A stretch of DNA of 51,617 nt from Parcubacteria group bacterium CG1_02_58_44 (lineage in GTDB: Bacteria; Patescibacteriota; Patescibacteriia; SG8-24). The stretch covers positions 1-51,617 of the forward strand of contig MNWN01000018.1 in assembly GCA_001872545.1 (NCBI GenBank), read 5' to 3'. A model generated the notes under the pieces. That model was given only the letters and a program-made list of their open reading frames with translations, was not told the DNA's origin and searched no databases. Positions 26,530-36,526 of the stretch are shown here, one piece after another (position 1 is the stretch's first letter; each line of letters starts with the position of its first letter). The position numbers were made by a program, and so were the translations under genes.

Positions 26530-27072
26530 ATGAGTAAGAGTCTGATTCAGATCTACACCGGCGACGGAAAGGGGAAGACGACTGCGGCGTTGGGGTTGGC
26601 CGTGCGGGCGGTCGGTGCCGGAAAGAAGGTCGCCATCGTCTATTTCGATAAGGGCGGCGATCATTACAGCGAGCGGAAGGTGCTCGCGGAGCGGTTTGCG
26701 GGTGAGATCGACTTCTTTGCCACCGGACAGGACCGAATTGCCCCGGACAGCGGACAGTTTCGCTTCGGGGTCGAGCGGCTGGACATCGACGAGGCGGCGC
26801 GCGGATTGGAGCTGGTACGGGAACTGATTCGAGAGGCTCGTTATGACCTGATCGTACTCGATGAGATCAATACCTCGGCTTCGCTCGGTCTGCTCCCGGC
26901 CGAACCGGTCGTCGAGTTGCTTCGTAACAAGCCGGATTCAGTCGAGCTGGTGCTGACCGGTCGCAACGCCCCTCAGTCTTTTTTGGATCAGGCCGATTTG
27001 GTGACTGAAATGGGGCTCGTGGACCACTACTACCGTCGGGGAGTGAAGGCCCGGGAAGGGTTCGATTTTTGA
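26530..27072 (+). CDS. cobO: Cob(I)yrinic acid a,c-diamide adenosyltransferase (CobO/BtuR type)
   Basis: IQIYTGDGKGKTTAALG, YDLIVLDEIN, ELVLTGRNAP and ADLVTEM motifs. Confidence 0.92.
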   Translation: MSKSLIQIYTGDGKGKTTAALGLAVRAVGAGKKVAIVYFDKGGDHYSERKVLAERFAGEIDFFATGQDRIAPDSGQFRFGVERLDIDEAARGLELVRELIREARYDLIVLDEINTSASLGLLPAEPVVELLRNKPDSVELVLTGRNAPQSFLDQADLVTEMGLVDHYYRRGVKAREGFDF

Positions 27073-27329
27073 GGTCGTAATGCCTTAGACTAGATCCTAT
27101 CCGATAGTCGGTCGTCGGCGTTTTCGTCGGGCAAGCTAAGGGAATCGTCAATCAGCTCGCTGTGGTGTTACGACAGAGAAATAACGGATAAAAATGGAGA
27201 CTGTCCGGTGCTGTCGGCTGCGCGGTGTCGGTCAAGTTCCTCCTTCTGCGGACTGAGTACGGATCGGCTCTCTTTTCCGGGCGGTTGTGGTAACATTAAG
27301 TCCGATAAACTGAAACGAACACGATCAGC

Positions 27330-27839
27330 ATGGACGATATCAGCAAAAAGCCAGTCGAGATCAGGCCGACTCTGCGCAGACCGGAAAGCGGCCGACAGCC
27401 TGAGTCCGGCCTTGAGCTTGAGCCGACGGCGGAAGGTGCTGCGGCAGAAAGTGAGCCGGCGGAAGAGTCAGCCGACGAGTCGGTCGGTCAGCTTCCGGCA
27501 GTGCAGACCGTTGCCCCGGCCGTAATTCCGGCGGCGGACCGCAGTCGCGACATGCTGCTGATCGAGGTCGAAGAGAAGCTCGAGGACAATCTGTGGGATG
27601 CCTATCGTGCCATGACGCCAGACCTGCGGCTGAAGTTCAAGATGGAAGGCGAGAGGATCGCCCAGGTAGTCAGGGAAGGCATCGCCACCGGTCGGGTGGT
27701 GGCCCACAACATCCTGACCATGATCGTGGAGTGGCTCGGCATGATCCCCGGAGTGAACCGTTGGTTCCTGATTCAGGAGGCCAAGATCAAGACTGACGCG
27801 CTGATAAAGCTCGGAAGAAACCGTAGCCACCAGGAATGA
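27330..27839 (+). CDS. Conserved hypothetical protein coupled to the downstream ATPase
   Basis: WL.MIPGVNRWFL.QEAKIKTD motif; stop overlaps the next start (ATGA). Confidence 0.75.
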   Translation: MDDISKKPVEIRPTLRRPESGRQPESGLELEPTAEGAAAESEPAEESADESVGQLPAVQTVAPAVIPAADRSRDMLLIEVEEKLEDNLWDAYRAMTPDLRLKFKMEGERIAQVVREGIATGRVVAHNILTMIVEWLGMIPGVNRWFLIQEAKIKTDALIKLGRNRSHQE

Positions 27840-30391
27840 CTATGCTGCCGCTGCTTCAGGTGACAATCATGACCCCCGAACAGGAACTGGCCATGCAGGG
27901 CTTTTTCGGAAGCCCGTCTTTCTATTCCCTGTTGGCTGTCGGCGTGGTTCTGGCCGCCATAGTCGTAGCCCTGCTCATGCTGCGCTTCCGGATCAGGTCC
28001 AGATACCAGAAGGCGGCGGCCTTCAGTCGGACCGTCATGCTGGTCACCGTCCCCAAGGAGTCGGCCGAGAAGGGCGACGCCGGACAGCGCGAGAAGGCCC
28101 TGTCCGAGATTCAGGAGGACATCGCCATCATGACCGGAATCTTCTCCGCGATCGGCGGACTGAAGGCCCAGCGCGGCGGTCGGGCTGCCATCTTCGGCCG
28201 GGACGACACCATCTCCTTCGAGATCGTGGCTCAGGAAAGTGTCATCTCCTTCTACATCGTCGTGCCGGAGAGCCTGCGCGAGTTCATCGAACAGCAGGTT
28301 CAGGCCCAGTACAACCACGCGCATATCGAGATCCTTGACGACTACAACATCTTCAAGTCGCAGGGGTCGATTGCGGCCAACGATTTCTCGTTCCGAAGGC
28401 AGCTGTTCTTTCCGGTCAGGACCTTCGAGAGCATGGAGACCGATCCGCTGAACGCCATCACCAACGCCATGTCCAAGGTGGAGAAGGACGACGGGGTGGC
28501 GCTTCAGATTCTCGTCCGGTCGGCCAAGAAGGGCTGGCGGGACTTGGGACTGAAGGTGGCCAAGGAGATGCATCAGGGCAAGAACTTTAAGGAGGCATTG
28601 CATGGCGAACCGAAGCTCAAGATACTGACCGACGCCCTGAAGTCCAGCAAGTCGGCCGAGTCCGCCGCTCCGAAGAGGGACTATCAGATGTCCGAACGTG
28701 AGAGGGAGATGGTAAAGTCGATCGAAGACAAGGCCGGGCATCTTGGTCTGGACGTGAACGTCAGAGTCATCGCCTCGGCCGGCAATCCCGGCAAGGCCCA
28801 GGCTTACCTCAACAATGTCGTCGCCTCGTTCGCCCAATACAACATTCCCCAGTACGGCAACGAGCTGGTGCCGTCCGGAAAGCGTCAGTCGGCGATACTG
28901 GAGAACTTCATCTACAGGACGTTCGACGAACGGCGTCGCATGGTGATGACCGGCAGCGAGCTGGCCAGCATCTACCACCTGCCGCTGCCGTCGACCGAGA
29001 CACCCAACATCCGGTGGCTCATGGCCAGGAAGGCGCCGCCGCCCGGGAACATCCCCAAGGAGGGCATTTTTCTCGGGACCTCCGAGTACCGCGGCGTCAC
29101 CACCAAGATCTACCAGAAGCACGAGGACCGGTTTCGTCACATGTACGTCATCGGCGGTTCCGGTTCCGGTAAGTCGGAGTTCATCGCCGCCATGGCCGCG
29201 CAGGACATCAAGGCCGGCTTCGGCATAGGCGTCATCGACCCGCACGGCGACCTGGTCGAGACCATCCTGTCGTCCGTGCCCAAGGAGCGGGCCGAGGACG
29301 TGATCATCTTCGATCCGTCCGACTACGACCGTCCGCTCGGCCTGAACATGCTCGAGGCCCCGTCCAAGGAGATGCAGGACTTCGTGGTCGGCGAGATGAT
29401 CGCCATCTTCTACAAGCTGTTCCCGCCGGAGACCATGGGTCCGATGTTCGAGCACACCATGCGCAACATGATGCTGACGCTGATGGCCGAGGTCGACAAT
29501 CCGGGCACTATCGCCGAGATTCCGCGGCTGATCACCGACCCCGAGTACCAGAAGAAGTGGATCGCCAAGGTCACCGATACGGCCGTCCGTTCCTACTGGG
29601 AGAACGAGGTCGCCAAGACGTCGGACTTCCACAAGTCGGAGATGTTCGGTTACTTGACCTCCAAGGTCGGCCGGTTCGTAGAGAACGCCATGATGCGCAA
29701 CATCGTCGGCCAGACCAAGTCGGCCTTCGACTTCCGCGAGGTGATGGACCAGAAGAAGATCCTGCTGGTGAACCTGTCGAAGGGCAAGATCGGCGACATC
29801 AACGCCAACCTGCTCGGACTGATCATGGTCACCAAACTGCAGATGGCGGCCATGGCCCGAGCGGACATACCCAAGGAGGAGCGCAGCGACTTCTTCCTGT
29901 ACATCGACGAGTTCCAGAACTTTATCACCCCGTCGATCGCGACCATCCTGTCCGAGGCGCGCAAGTACCGCCTGTCGCTGACCATCGCCCATCAGTATAT
30001 CGCCCAGCTGGCGCCGAAGGGGGACACCGAGATCCGCGACGCGGTCATGGGCAACGTCGGCACCAAGCTGGTCGGACGCATCGGCATAGACGACGCTGAA
30101 TTCCTCGAGAAGGAGTTCGCACCGGTATTCACCGCCTTCGACCTGATGAACGTGGACAAGATCCACTGGAACGCCAAGATGCTGATCGACAACACCGTCT
30201 CCCGTCCGTTCGTCATGAAGTCGCCGCCGATGGTGGTCGGCAACCGGCGGCTGTCCGATGCCATCAAGCAACTGGCCCGACTGAAGTACGGCCGGGACCG
30301 GGTCATGGTCGAACAGGAGATCCTGGATCGGACGCGGATAGAGAGCATGCCGGCACCGCCGCCGGAGCAGCCCAAGCCCAGGACGGTCTAG
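27836..30391 (+). CDS. VirD4/TrwB/HerA-like P-loop ATPase with N-terminal TM
   Basis: DRFRHMYVIGGSGSGKS (Walker A), VIDPHGDL, FLYIDEFQNF (Walker B) and LSEARKYRLSLTIAHQY motifs. Confidence 0.9.
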   Translation: MTMLPLLQVTIMTPEQELAMQGFFGSPSFYSLLAVGVVLAAIVVALLMLRFRIRSRYQKAAAFSRTVMLVTVPKESAEKGDAGQREKALSEIQEDIAIMTGIFSAIGGLKAQRGGRAAIFGRDDTISFEIVAQESVISFYIVVPESLREFIEQQVQAQYNHAHIEILDDYNIFKSQGSIAANDFSFRRQLFFPVRTFESMETDPLNAITNAMSKVEKDDGVALQILVRSAKKGWRDLGLKVAKEMHQGKNFKEALHGEPKLKILTDALKSSKSAESAAPKRDYQMSEREREMVKSIEDKAGHLGLDVNVRVIASAGNPGKAQAYLNNVVASFAQYNIPQYGNELVPSGKRQSAILENFIYRTFDERRRMVMTGSELASIYHLPLPSTETPNIRWLMARKAPPPGNIPKEGIFLGTSEYRGVTTKIYQKHEDRFRHMYVIGGSGSGKSEFIAAMAAQDIKAGFGIGVIDPHGDLVETILSSVPKERAEDVIIFDPSDYDRPLGLNMLEAPSKEMQDFVVGEMIAIFYKLFPPETMGPMFEHTMRNMMLTLMAEVDNPGTIAEIPRLITDPEYQKKWIAKVTDTAVRSYWENEVAKTSDFHKSEMFGYLTSKVGRFVENAMMRNIVGQTKSAFDFREVMDQKKILLVNLSKGKIGDINANLLGLIMVTKLQMAAMARADIPKEERSDFFLYIDEFQNFITPSIATILSEARKYRLSLTIAHQYIAQLAPKGDTEIRDAVMGNVGTKLVGRIGIDDAEFLEKEFAPVFTAFDLMNVDKIHWNAKMLIDNTVSRPFVMKSPPMVVGNRRLSDAIKQLARLKYGRDRVMVEQEILDRTRIESMPAPPPEQPKPRTV

Positions 30392-30668
30392 TCGCAGAGT
30401 TTCTACCTGTCCCGCACACGCAGGAAGATCGCGTTTCGGCGCGATCTTTGCTCTAGCGCATCGTCGATCTGAGGCCAGTCTCAAGTAGGACGTTTTTCTC
30501 GAGGGGCCAAGAGGGGACTGCCGACTCCCCTGCCAAAAAACGGTTTTTTGGCCCAGACCGAAGGGTTTTCGGGATGGTTTGACCGGGGTCGGCGTTCGTG
30601 ATAATACAAAGGAGTATTAGAGGCTCTTTTCTTCGCAAATATCAAATAAAAAAGTTAGTCATATTCGT

Positions 30669-31502
30669 ATGGACGAACAAACAAAACCGAATTTCAATGC
30701 TAATTTATCCGTCGGACAGGACTTTCCGACGGACCGGCCACTGACCGACTTTCTGCAGGCTAAGGCCCAGGTCAGGCTCGATGAGCCGTCGGAAGCGGCT
30801 GTCGTCGGAACGTCCGCGGTGGAGCCGGAAGACTCGGTTCGGCAATTCGCCTCGCCGATCGACGAGCCGGAAGGGACTCTGGTCGTCATGCCTGCCGTGT
30901 CGGGTCGTCCGGAGGACAATCGGACCGTGGTCGCACTCAGGGCCCTGCGGCAGATGGAGCAGCAGCTCGCCGCCGTGATCCGCCTGCTCGGTGCTGACGG
31001 CCAGACGACGGCGGACGGAATGCCGCCCGAACCTCAGGTGTCGACTAGGCCGTCGTTCGGAAACGGCGACTGGTCTGCGGCCCCCCGTGAGGATCTCTCG
31101 ACGCTCAAGCCGATCGACGGACGGGTGGTCGAGGGCGTGTTCGACGGTCGGGGCATGGTCGGCTCGGACGGCAAGTGCTATCTCGTCCCCCCGAACTACG
31201 CCTCCAAGTCCAAGCTGGTCGAAGGCGACATGCTGAAGCTGATCATCACCCCCAAAGGCTCCTTCATCTACAAGCAGATCGGACCGATCGACCGTTCGCG
31301 ACTCATCGGTTCGCTCGGCTACGACCAGACCACCGGCGAGTACTACGCCACGTCGGACAACCGCCGATGGAACGTCATCAAGGCCAGCGTCACCTACTTC
31401 AAGGGTGAGCCGGGCGATGAGGTCGTCCTGCTGGTGCCGAAAAACGCCCCCTCGAAGTGGGCGGCGGTCGAGAATATCATCAAGCGTAGTTCGCTAGTCT
31501 GA
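30669..31502 (+). CDS. Conserved hypothetical protein
   Basis: C-terminal VEGVFDG..MVGSDGK.Y.VPPNYASKSKLVEGD.LKL.I...GSFIYKQIGP domain. Confidence 0.8.
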   Translation: MDEQTKPNFNANLSVGQDFPTDRPLTDFLQAKAQVRLDEPSEAAVVGTSAVEPEDSVRQFASPIDEPEGTLVVMPAVSGRPEDNRTVVALRALRQMEQQLAAVIRLLGADGQTTADGMPPEPQVSTRPSFGNGDWSAAPREDLSTLKPIDGRVVEGVFDGRGMVGSDGKCYLVPPNYASKSKLVEGDMLKLIITPKGSFIYKQIGPIDRSRLIGSLGYDQTTGEYYATSDNRRWNVIKASVTYFKGEPGDEVVLLVPKNAPSKWAAVENIIKRSSLV

Positions 31503-31596
31503 GAGTATGGGCACGCCGGTCGGGCCATCTTGGTCGGTTCGTTCCGCCTTCCGTTGAGTCATGGTCGAAATTTCTAAAGCCAGACAAGTTTCTCAG

Positions 31597-33429
31597 ATGT
31601 CGTCATCCACTCTTTATCGCAAATACCGTCCTCAGGGCTGGTCAGAAGTCGCCGGACAGGAACACGTCAAGGATACGCTCGCCTTCGAGGTATCCTCCGG
31701 CCGGACGGTTCACGCCTACCTTTTTTCCGGTCCGCGCGGGGTGGGCAAGACCACGACCGCCCGTATCTTCGCCAAGGCGATCAACTGTCTGGAGCGCGAG
31801 GACGGATCCGGCGAGCCTTGCGGCCGGTGCGTGGCCTGCCTGGCGGTGACCGAGGGCGGTTCCATGGACATCATCGAGATCGACGCCGCCTCGAACCGCG
31901 GCATCGACAGCGTGCGCGACAACATCATCGACAACGCGCGCTTTTCCCCTTCGCGACTGAAGAACAAGGTCTTCATCGTGGACGAGGTGCATATGCTGAC
32001 GACCGAGGCCTTCAACGCGCTGCTGAAGACGCTCGAGGAGCCGCCGGCGAACGTCGTCTTTCTGTTGGCCACGACCGAGCTGCATAAGGTGCCGGCGACT
32101 ATCGTCTCGCGCTGTCAGAGGTTCGACTTCCGGAAGATACCGGTCGAATCGGTAGTCGATCGGCTGGTCGGCATCTCGGCGAAGGAGGAGATCGAGGTCG
32201 ATCGTGAGGTGCTGCTCGAGATCGCTCGTCGGTCCGAGGGATGCCTGCGCGATGCCGAGGGACTGCTCGGCAAGGTGCTGGCCGCGGCGGACGGCGAGAG
32301 GGTGACGATCGAGTCGGTGCGGGCGGTTCTGCCGCGTTCGGACTGGGAGACGGCCGCATCCTTCGTCGAGGCCTTGCTGGCAGGGGATACGGCAACGGCG
32401 CTGGCCACGGTCGGCGGGATGCTGGATGCGGGATCCGAGCCAGAGCATCTGGCTAACGAGGCATTGGACATCATCCGCAAGACGCTGATCGCCAAGGTAT
32501 CGGGTGACGTCAATTTTCTGCGGGCGGAACTCGACGAGAGTCGTCTGGCGCGCATTTCGTCCTGGATGGGAACGACCACAGTCGGATCGTTGGTGCGGAC
32601 TCTCGAGGTACTGCTCGAAAAACGGCGGGACATGAAGGGAAGTCCCCTTCCTCAGCTGCCGCTCGAGTTGGCTGCAGTGCTGATCTGTCAGGAGGTGAAC
32701 GGTGGTTCGGCTGCGTCTGCGGTCCTTTCGTCGTCCAATTCGGAGTTAGGTGGAACGAAGACCGACGGACGTACGGTAGCGTTGGATACGGTTGCGGCGA
32801 TGAAGCCGGCAGCGGCGAGCGGTGATGCTGGATCCGGGCCGGACGTCGTTTCACGGACTGAGATAGAGATCAAAAAGACCGAATCGAATGAAGTAGAGGC
32901 GAAGGAGGCGGGGGAATCGGAGGAGTCAGCTCTAGATAAGGAGGTGCAGGTTTCGGCACCGGAGCCTTTAGGAGAGAAGGAAGTAGTTATCGAGGCAACG
33001 GCTGTGACCGTCGAGAATGTTGTCGAGGAATCGGTTGAGGATACGGTCACGGCGATCGAGATCGGGTCGGTCAGCGCCAAGTGGGAGGAGATCGTCAAAC
33101 GGGTGTCCGAGGTCAGCCAGTCGCTGTCGCTCCTTATGGGAGCGGTCAGTCCGGTTCGGATGGATGGCAATACCGTGGAGCTGGGGTCATGCTTTCCCTT
33201 TCACCGTGATCGGCTCAATGAGCACAAGACTAGGGACGTGCTGGAGACGGCTTTTTCCGCCGTTTTGGGGCAGAAGCTGCTGGTCCGGGCCGTGACTATT
33301 GAAAGAAAACCCGAGATCGGGCATGATGATGTCGCCGAAGGGGCGATTAAGGAGCAAGTCAGCCCGGTTGAGGCCGCGCCGGCGGTCCAGAAAATCGCCG
33401 AGGCGTTCGGTGGTCGGGTCATCAGTTGA
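31597..33429 (+). CDS. dnaX: DNA polymerase III subunit gamma/tau
   Basis: LYRKYRP, HAYLFSGPRGVGKTT, EPCGRCVAC, EIDAASNRG, DEVHML and SRCQ motifs; alternative start 31561. Confidence 0.95.
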   Translation: MSSSTLYRKYRPQGWSEVAGQEHVKDTLAFEVSSGRTVHAYLFSGPRGVGKTTTARIFAKAINCLEREDGSGEPCGRCVACLAVTEGGSMDIIEIDAASNRGIDSVRDNIIDNARFSPSRLKNKVFIVDEVHMLTTEAFNALLKTLEEPPANVVFLLATTELHKVPATIVSRCQRFDFRKIPVESVVDRLVGISAKEEIEVDREVLLEIARRSEGCLRDAEGLLGKVLAAADGERVTIESVRAVLPRSDWETAASFVEALLAGDTATALATVGGMLDAGSEPEHLANEALDIIRKTLIAKVSGDVNFLRAELDESRLARISSWMGTTTVGSLVRTLEVLLEKRRDMKGSPLPQLPLELAAVLICQEVNGGSAASAVLSSSNSELGGTKTDGRTVALDTVAAMKPAAASGDAGSGPDVVSRTEIEIKKTESNEVEAKEAGESEESALDKEVQVSAPEPLGEKEVVIEATAVTVENVVEESVEDTVTAIEIGSVSAKWEEIVKRVSEVSQSLSLLMGAVSPVRMDGNTVELGSCFPFHRDRLNEHKTRDVLETAFSAVLGQKLLVRAVTIERKPEIGHDDVAEGAIKEQVSPVEAAPAVQKIAEAFGGRVIS

Positions 33430-33455
33430 GCTTTTGGCTCTGACAAGAAAAACGA

Positions 33456-33529
33456 TGCGGGATCGTCTAATGGTAGGACAACAGACTCTGAATCTGTTTA
33501 TCTAGGTTCGAATCCTAGTCCCGCAGCCA
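33456..33529 (+). tRNA. tRNA-Gln (anticodon CTG) with encoded CCA
   Basis: Acceptor TGCGGGA/TCCCGCA; anticodon arm ACAGA-CTCTGAA-TCTGT; T arm CTAGG-TTCGAAT-CCTAG; G-CCA end. Confidence 0.95.
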
Positions 33530-33531
33530 TG

Positions 33532-33561
33532 CAAAACACGACCGGAAACGGTCGTGTTTTG
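33532..33561 (+). terminator. Terminator after tRNA
   Basis: CAAAACACGACCG-GAAA-CGGTCGTGTTTTG. Confidence 0.85.
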
Positions 33562-33666
33562 GTATGATGAGATAGTAGGTAAAAGGGGTACGATGGTGAA
33601 TAAAATCTATTGCAAGGACAGATTTAACAATTTTCTATTCATGGCCAAGTTTAGCCCCGCGGAATT

Positions 33667-34071
33667 ATGACCGTTAAAAGAAAGCTTCTCATCACATTTG
33701 GAGTGGTTGTAGCCATTATTTTCGTGTTGCCGTACGTCGTGTCGGGGACGAAAAGAAGTTCGCTTGTCTGTAGGATGAGCGGTGGAAAGCCAGTCAGCGG
33801 AGGCGTGAGCTTTTCCGGCGATTCCGTTATCCTTTGTGCCCGGCCGTATGCTGACGGCGGGAATGCCTGCCGGTCATCGGGCGAATGCGATGGGAGGTGT
33901 GTGATTGGAGAGTGGAAAGACCGGCCAATCTTTCATTTCGATCCGAACTACTACCCAAAGAATGCCGTTGGACATTGCGACTACTACGATCAGCAGCCTA
34001 ACTGCCTTTACAACGTTGAGCTGCTGGGTGACGATAGGGTCCTTCAGGTAGGCTGGTGTATAGTAAGTTAA
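33667..34071 (+). CDS. Small Cys-rich membrane-anchored/exported protein
   Basis: N-terminal TM; C...GG, CARPYADGGNACRSSGECDGRC; eight Cys. Confidence 0.7.
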   Translation: MTVKRKLLITFGVVVAIIFVLPYVVSGTKRSSLVCRMSGGKPVSGGVSFSGDSVILCARPYADGGNACRSSGECDGRCVIGEWKDRPIFHFDPNYYPKNAVGHCDYYDQQPNCLYNVELLGDDRVLQVGWCIVS

Positions 34072-34130
34072 TCACTTTTTGCGGGCAAATTGGTGTAGCT
34101 ACTTGAATTGCGTTTCAAGAGTTTCTAGCA

Positions 34131-34182
34131 CGCCCAAGACGGGCAGCTAACAAGAGCAGGTCTCACTGAGGCCTGCTCTTTG
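34131..34182 (+). repeat. Cassette-boundary repeat R1 (tRNA-3'-like + terminator)
   Basis: CGCCCAAGACGGGCAGCTAACAAGAGCAGGTCTCACTGAGGCCTGCTCTTTG; 26 nt identical to R2. Confidence 0.8.
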
Positions 34183-34233
34183 CGAAGACCAAACCCTCGG
34201 CATGAGACCAGGGAGTGTCACTTAGCTCCCTTA

Positions 34234-36132
34234 TTACAACCCAAAGCCGCGGGGAAACAGAGGTGTACTACCATCGGACGTTTGTCCATCAACAGTCATC
34301 GGTAGCTGTTCGATCGTGCGCGGCCACGGCAGCGGTAGCCTGCCGGTGAAGGGGGATGCACCGAAAAGCGCGTCCGCCACGCCCCTTCCTTCGCTTCCGG
34401 GAAGCCACGCTGCGACTGTCGCGTCCCACTTTGAAATTTCGTCCGTCACGATGAGTGGCCTGCCGGAGACGATGATCACGACGACCCTCTTGCTCGTTTT
34501 CTGGAGGCTTGCGATTGCCGCAAGGTCGATATCATCGAGGCGAGGCTGCACATTGTCTCCCCATCCTTCCGCATAAGGCTTTTCGCCGACAATAGCGATT
34601 CCAACATCGGCGAGGTCCTTGTTCGGGAAGTCCCCATTCAGATCGTACTCCACCGTCGTCTGCATGCTGACGGCGGCCCGGATCCCCGCGAGAATGGACG
34701 TCGCTCCAGGTAGCCAGTTCCCGTCGATGCCTTGCCATTCGACTGTCCATCCGCCCGTCTGCCGGCCCACGTTGTCGGCGGCGCTCCCGGCCACTCTTAT
34801 ATGGCGTATATCGGACGACAGGGGCAATGTACGTTTCTGGTTACGGAGCAGGACCAACGAACACGCAACCGTTTCACGGGCCAGTGCGCGATGTTCCGTT
34901 GAACCAACGGTTTCAAGACCAGACCTCGATGCGCCATTGTCGTCGAATAGACCCATCGAGAATTTCGCGCGGAGAATGCGGCGAACGGCGTCATCAACAC
35001 GTGCTTGAGGGATGTCACCGCGAATGACTGCCTTATGCATGTCCGAGACGAAACCCTTGTAATCAAAAGGGAGCATGGCCATATCGATGCCGGCGTTGAT
35101 GGCCGAAACGGTCGAATCATAGCTGTTCCAGGAAATCGCGTACACGCCATACCAGTCGGACACCACGAATCCACGGAAGCCAAGTTCGTCCTTGAGCACG
35201 TCTGTCAGAATATACTCGCTCGCCGAAATGTCGCCTCCTCCCCAGGAGGCTAGTCCGGCCATGACACTCAATATCCCCGCATCGATCGCCGTGCGATACG
35301 GAGGCAGATAGACATCGGTCAGTGTTTCGCTGTCGTCGTTAGATACGACGCCCTGGTCGATACGAAAATCGTCGTTGTCCGATGTTCCCCAGGTCATGCT
35401 TCCCAGTCCGACGTAGTGCTTTGCGGTCGCGAGAACGTCAATCCGTGCGCCTTGTCCGGCGGCCTGCTGTAAGCCCCGTATGTAGGCAGCACCAAGCGTG
35501 CCGGCGCGCATGGGATCGTCTGAAAACGCCTCATAGACCCGTCCCCATCGAATGTCCATCGGAAGATCGAACGTCGGCGAAAAATGCCACCGGATGCCCA
35601 TGGCGGCGGATTCCTCGGCGATCGCGCGCGCGACACGCTCTGTTAGTACGGGATCGTTTGCCGCTCCGAGACCGATGAGATGCGGAAACAGCGTCGCACC
35701 AAGCACGTTCCCATTTCCGTGATTTGCGTCAGTGCCATAGAGTATCGGAATGCCAAGCCGCGTACCGCTGGCCGCGTCGGTGAACTCCGCGACCATATTC
35801 TTCCACCCCTGCGGCGTATTATCGTCCGGTTTTCCACCCGCACCGCTCAGGACTGCGCCGATTCCATAAGCAGCGACGTCTTTTGTGTTCTTAAGACTGT
35901 TCTTTTCCACGAGCGCCATTTGTCCAATCTTCTCCTCGAGTGTCATGTAGCCAAGAAGGTCCTCTACACGCGTTTCGATCGGCAACGACGCATCACGATA
36001 TAGTGCTTCATTTGGTGGGACAGGCGGTGGAGAGGGTGGCGTGAAAAATATCGCCAAAAGCACCGATCCTGTTATCAGGATCATTCCCAACACGGCAAAC
36101 GCAACTCTTTGTCTCCAAGGAGAGGTGAACAT
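34234..36132 (-). CDS. Membrane-anchored GH3 beta-glucosidase
   Basis: MTLEEKIGQM, RLGIPILYGTDANHG, DIRWGRVYE, AKHYVG, GFVVSDW and AWLPGSEG motifs. Confidence 0.93.
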   Translation of the reverse strand: MFTSPWRQRVAFAVLGMILITGSVLLAIFFTPPSPPPVPPNEALYRDASLPIETRVEDLLGYMTLEEKIGQMALVEKNSLKNTKDVAAYGIGAVLSGAGGKPDDNTPQGWKNMVAEFTDAASGTRLGIPILYGTDANHGNGNVLGATLFPHLIGLGAANDPVLTERVARAIAEESAAMGIRWHFSPTFDLPMDIRWGRVYEAFSDDPMRAGTLGAAYIRGLQQAAGQGARIDVLATAKHYVGLGSMTWGTSDNDDFRIDQGVVSNDDSETLTDVYLPPYRTAIDAGILSVMAGLASWGGGDISASEYILTDVLKDELGFRGFVVSDWYGVYAISWNSYDSTVSAINAGIDMAMLPFDYKGFVSDMHKAVIRGDIPQARVDDAVRRILRAKFSMGLFDDNGASRSGLETVGSTEHRALARETVACSLVLLRNQKRTLPLSSDIRHIRVAGSAADNVGRQTGGWTVEWQGIDGNWLPGATSILAGIRAAVSMQTTVEYDLNGDFPNKDLADVGIAIVGEKPYAEGWGDNVQPRLDDIDLAAIASLQKTSKRVVVIIVSGRPLIVTDEISKWDATVAAWLPGSEGRGVADALFGASPFTGRLPLPWPRTIEQLPMTVDGQTSDGSTPLFPRGFGL

Positions 36133-36279
36133 ATAGGGTTACTTTAATAGAAGCGTAGCACGTTTAGTTTATTCTTCGTCTTCGTAACTTTTAAAGCGCT
36201 CAAGGCAAAAAGTTACGAAAATCCGAGCCATCAGGCTCGAATTTTAGGCCATAAAACGGAACCGTTTTTTGTGGGCCGT

Positions 36280-36522
36280 TTATCTCAGAATAATTCGTAC
36301 GATCGCGATCAATATGCAGGAACCCAAGAGTGCCACCAGGAAACTGTATATATTGAAGCCACCAACGCCGCTTTTACCCAGGACACTCATTAGGTATCCG
36401 CCGATAAGTGCGCCGATCATGCCGACGATAACGTCGCGAATCAGTCCGCCTTGTGACCCCATGATCATCGATGCCACCCAGCCGACCAGGCCACCGAAGA
36501 ATATCCAAATGATGATTCCCAT
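36280..36522 (-). CDS. GlsB/YeaQ/YmgE family stress-response membrane protein
   Basis: MGIIIWIFFGGLVGWVASMIM...IVGMIGALIGG...SFLVALLGS. Confidence 0.88.
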   Translation of the reverse strand: MGIIIWIFFGGLVGWVASMIMGSQGGLIRDVIVGMIGALIGGYLMSVLGKSGVGGFNIYSFLVALLGSCILIAIVRIILR

Positions 36523-36526
36523 AGTG

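Noticed and set aside
27093-27270. Second IS5-type MITE after cobO (TAGATCCTATCCG...CGGATCGGCTCT)
   Set aside because: Ends only ~10/13 complementary and no clear target duplication; too weak to call.
27773-30484. 903-aa antisense ORF and other long shadow ORFs (e.g. 2987-4225, 9249-10391, 24031-25506)
   Set aside because: They are antisense shadows of well-supported high-GC genes and show no motifs.
30669-31502. Ribosomal protein L7/L12 label that I recall being applied to this family
   Set aside because: No resemblance to L7/L12 motifs; left as conserved hypothetical.
32860-32890. dnaX programmed -1 frameshift
   Set aside because: Only CAAAAAG is present, not the A AAA AAG slippery heptamer.
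34132-34144. Lambda nut boxB-like hairpin GCCC-AAGAC-GGGC in the boundary repeat
   Set aside because: The stem is weak or broken in R2, there is no boxA, and the loop does not match GAARA.
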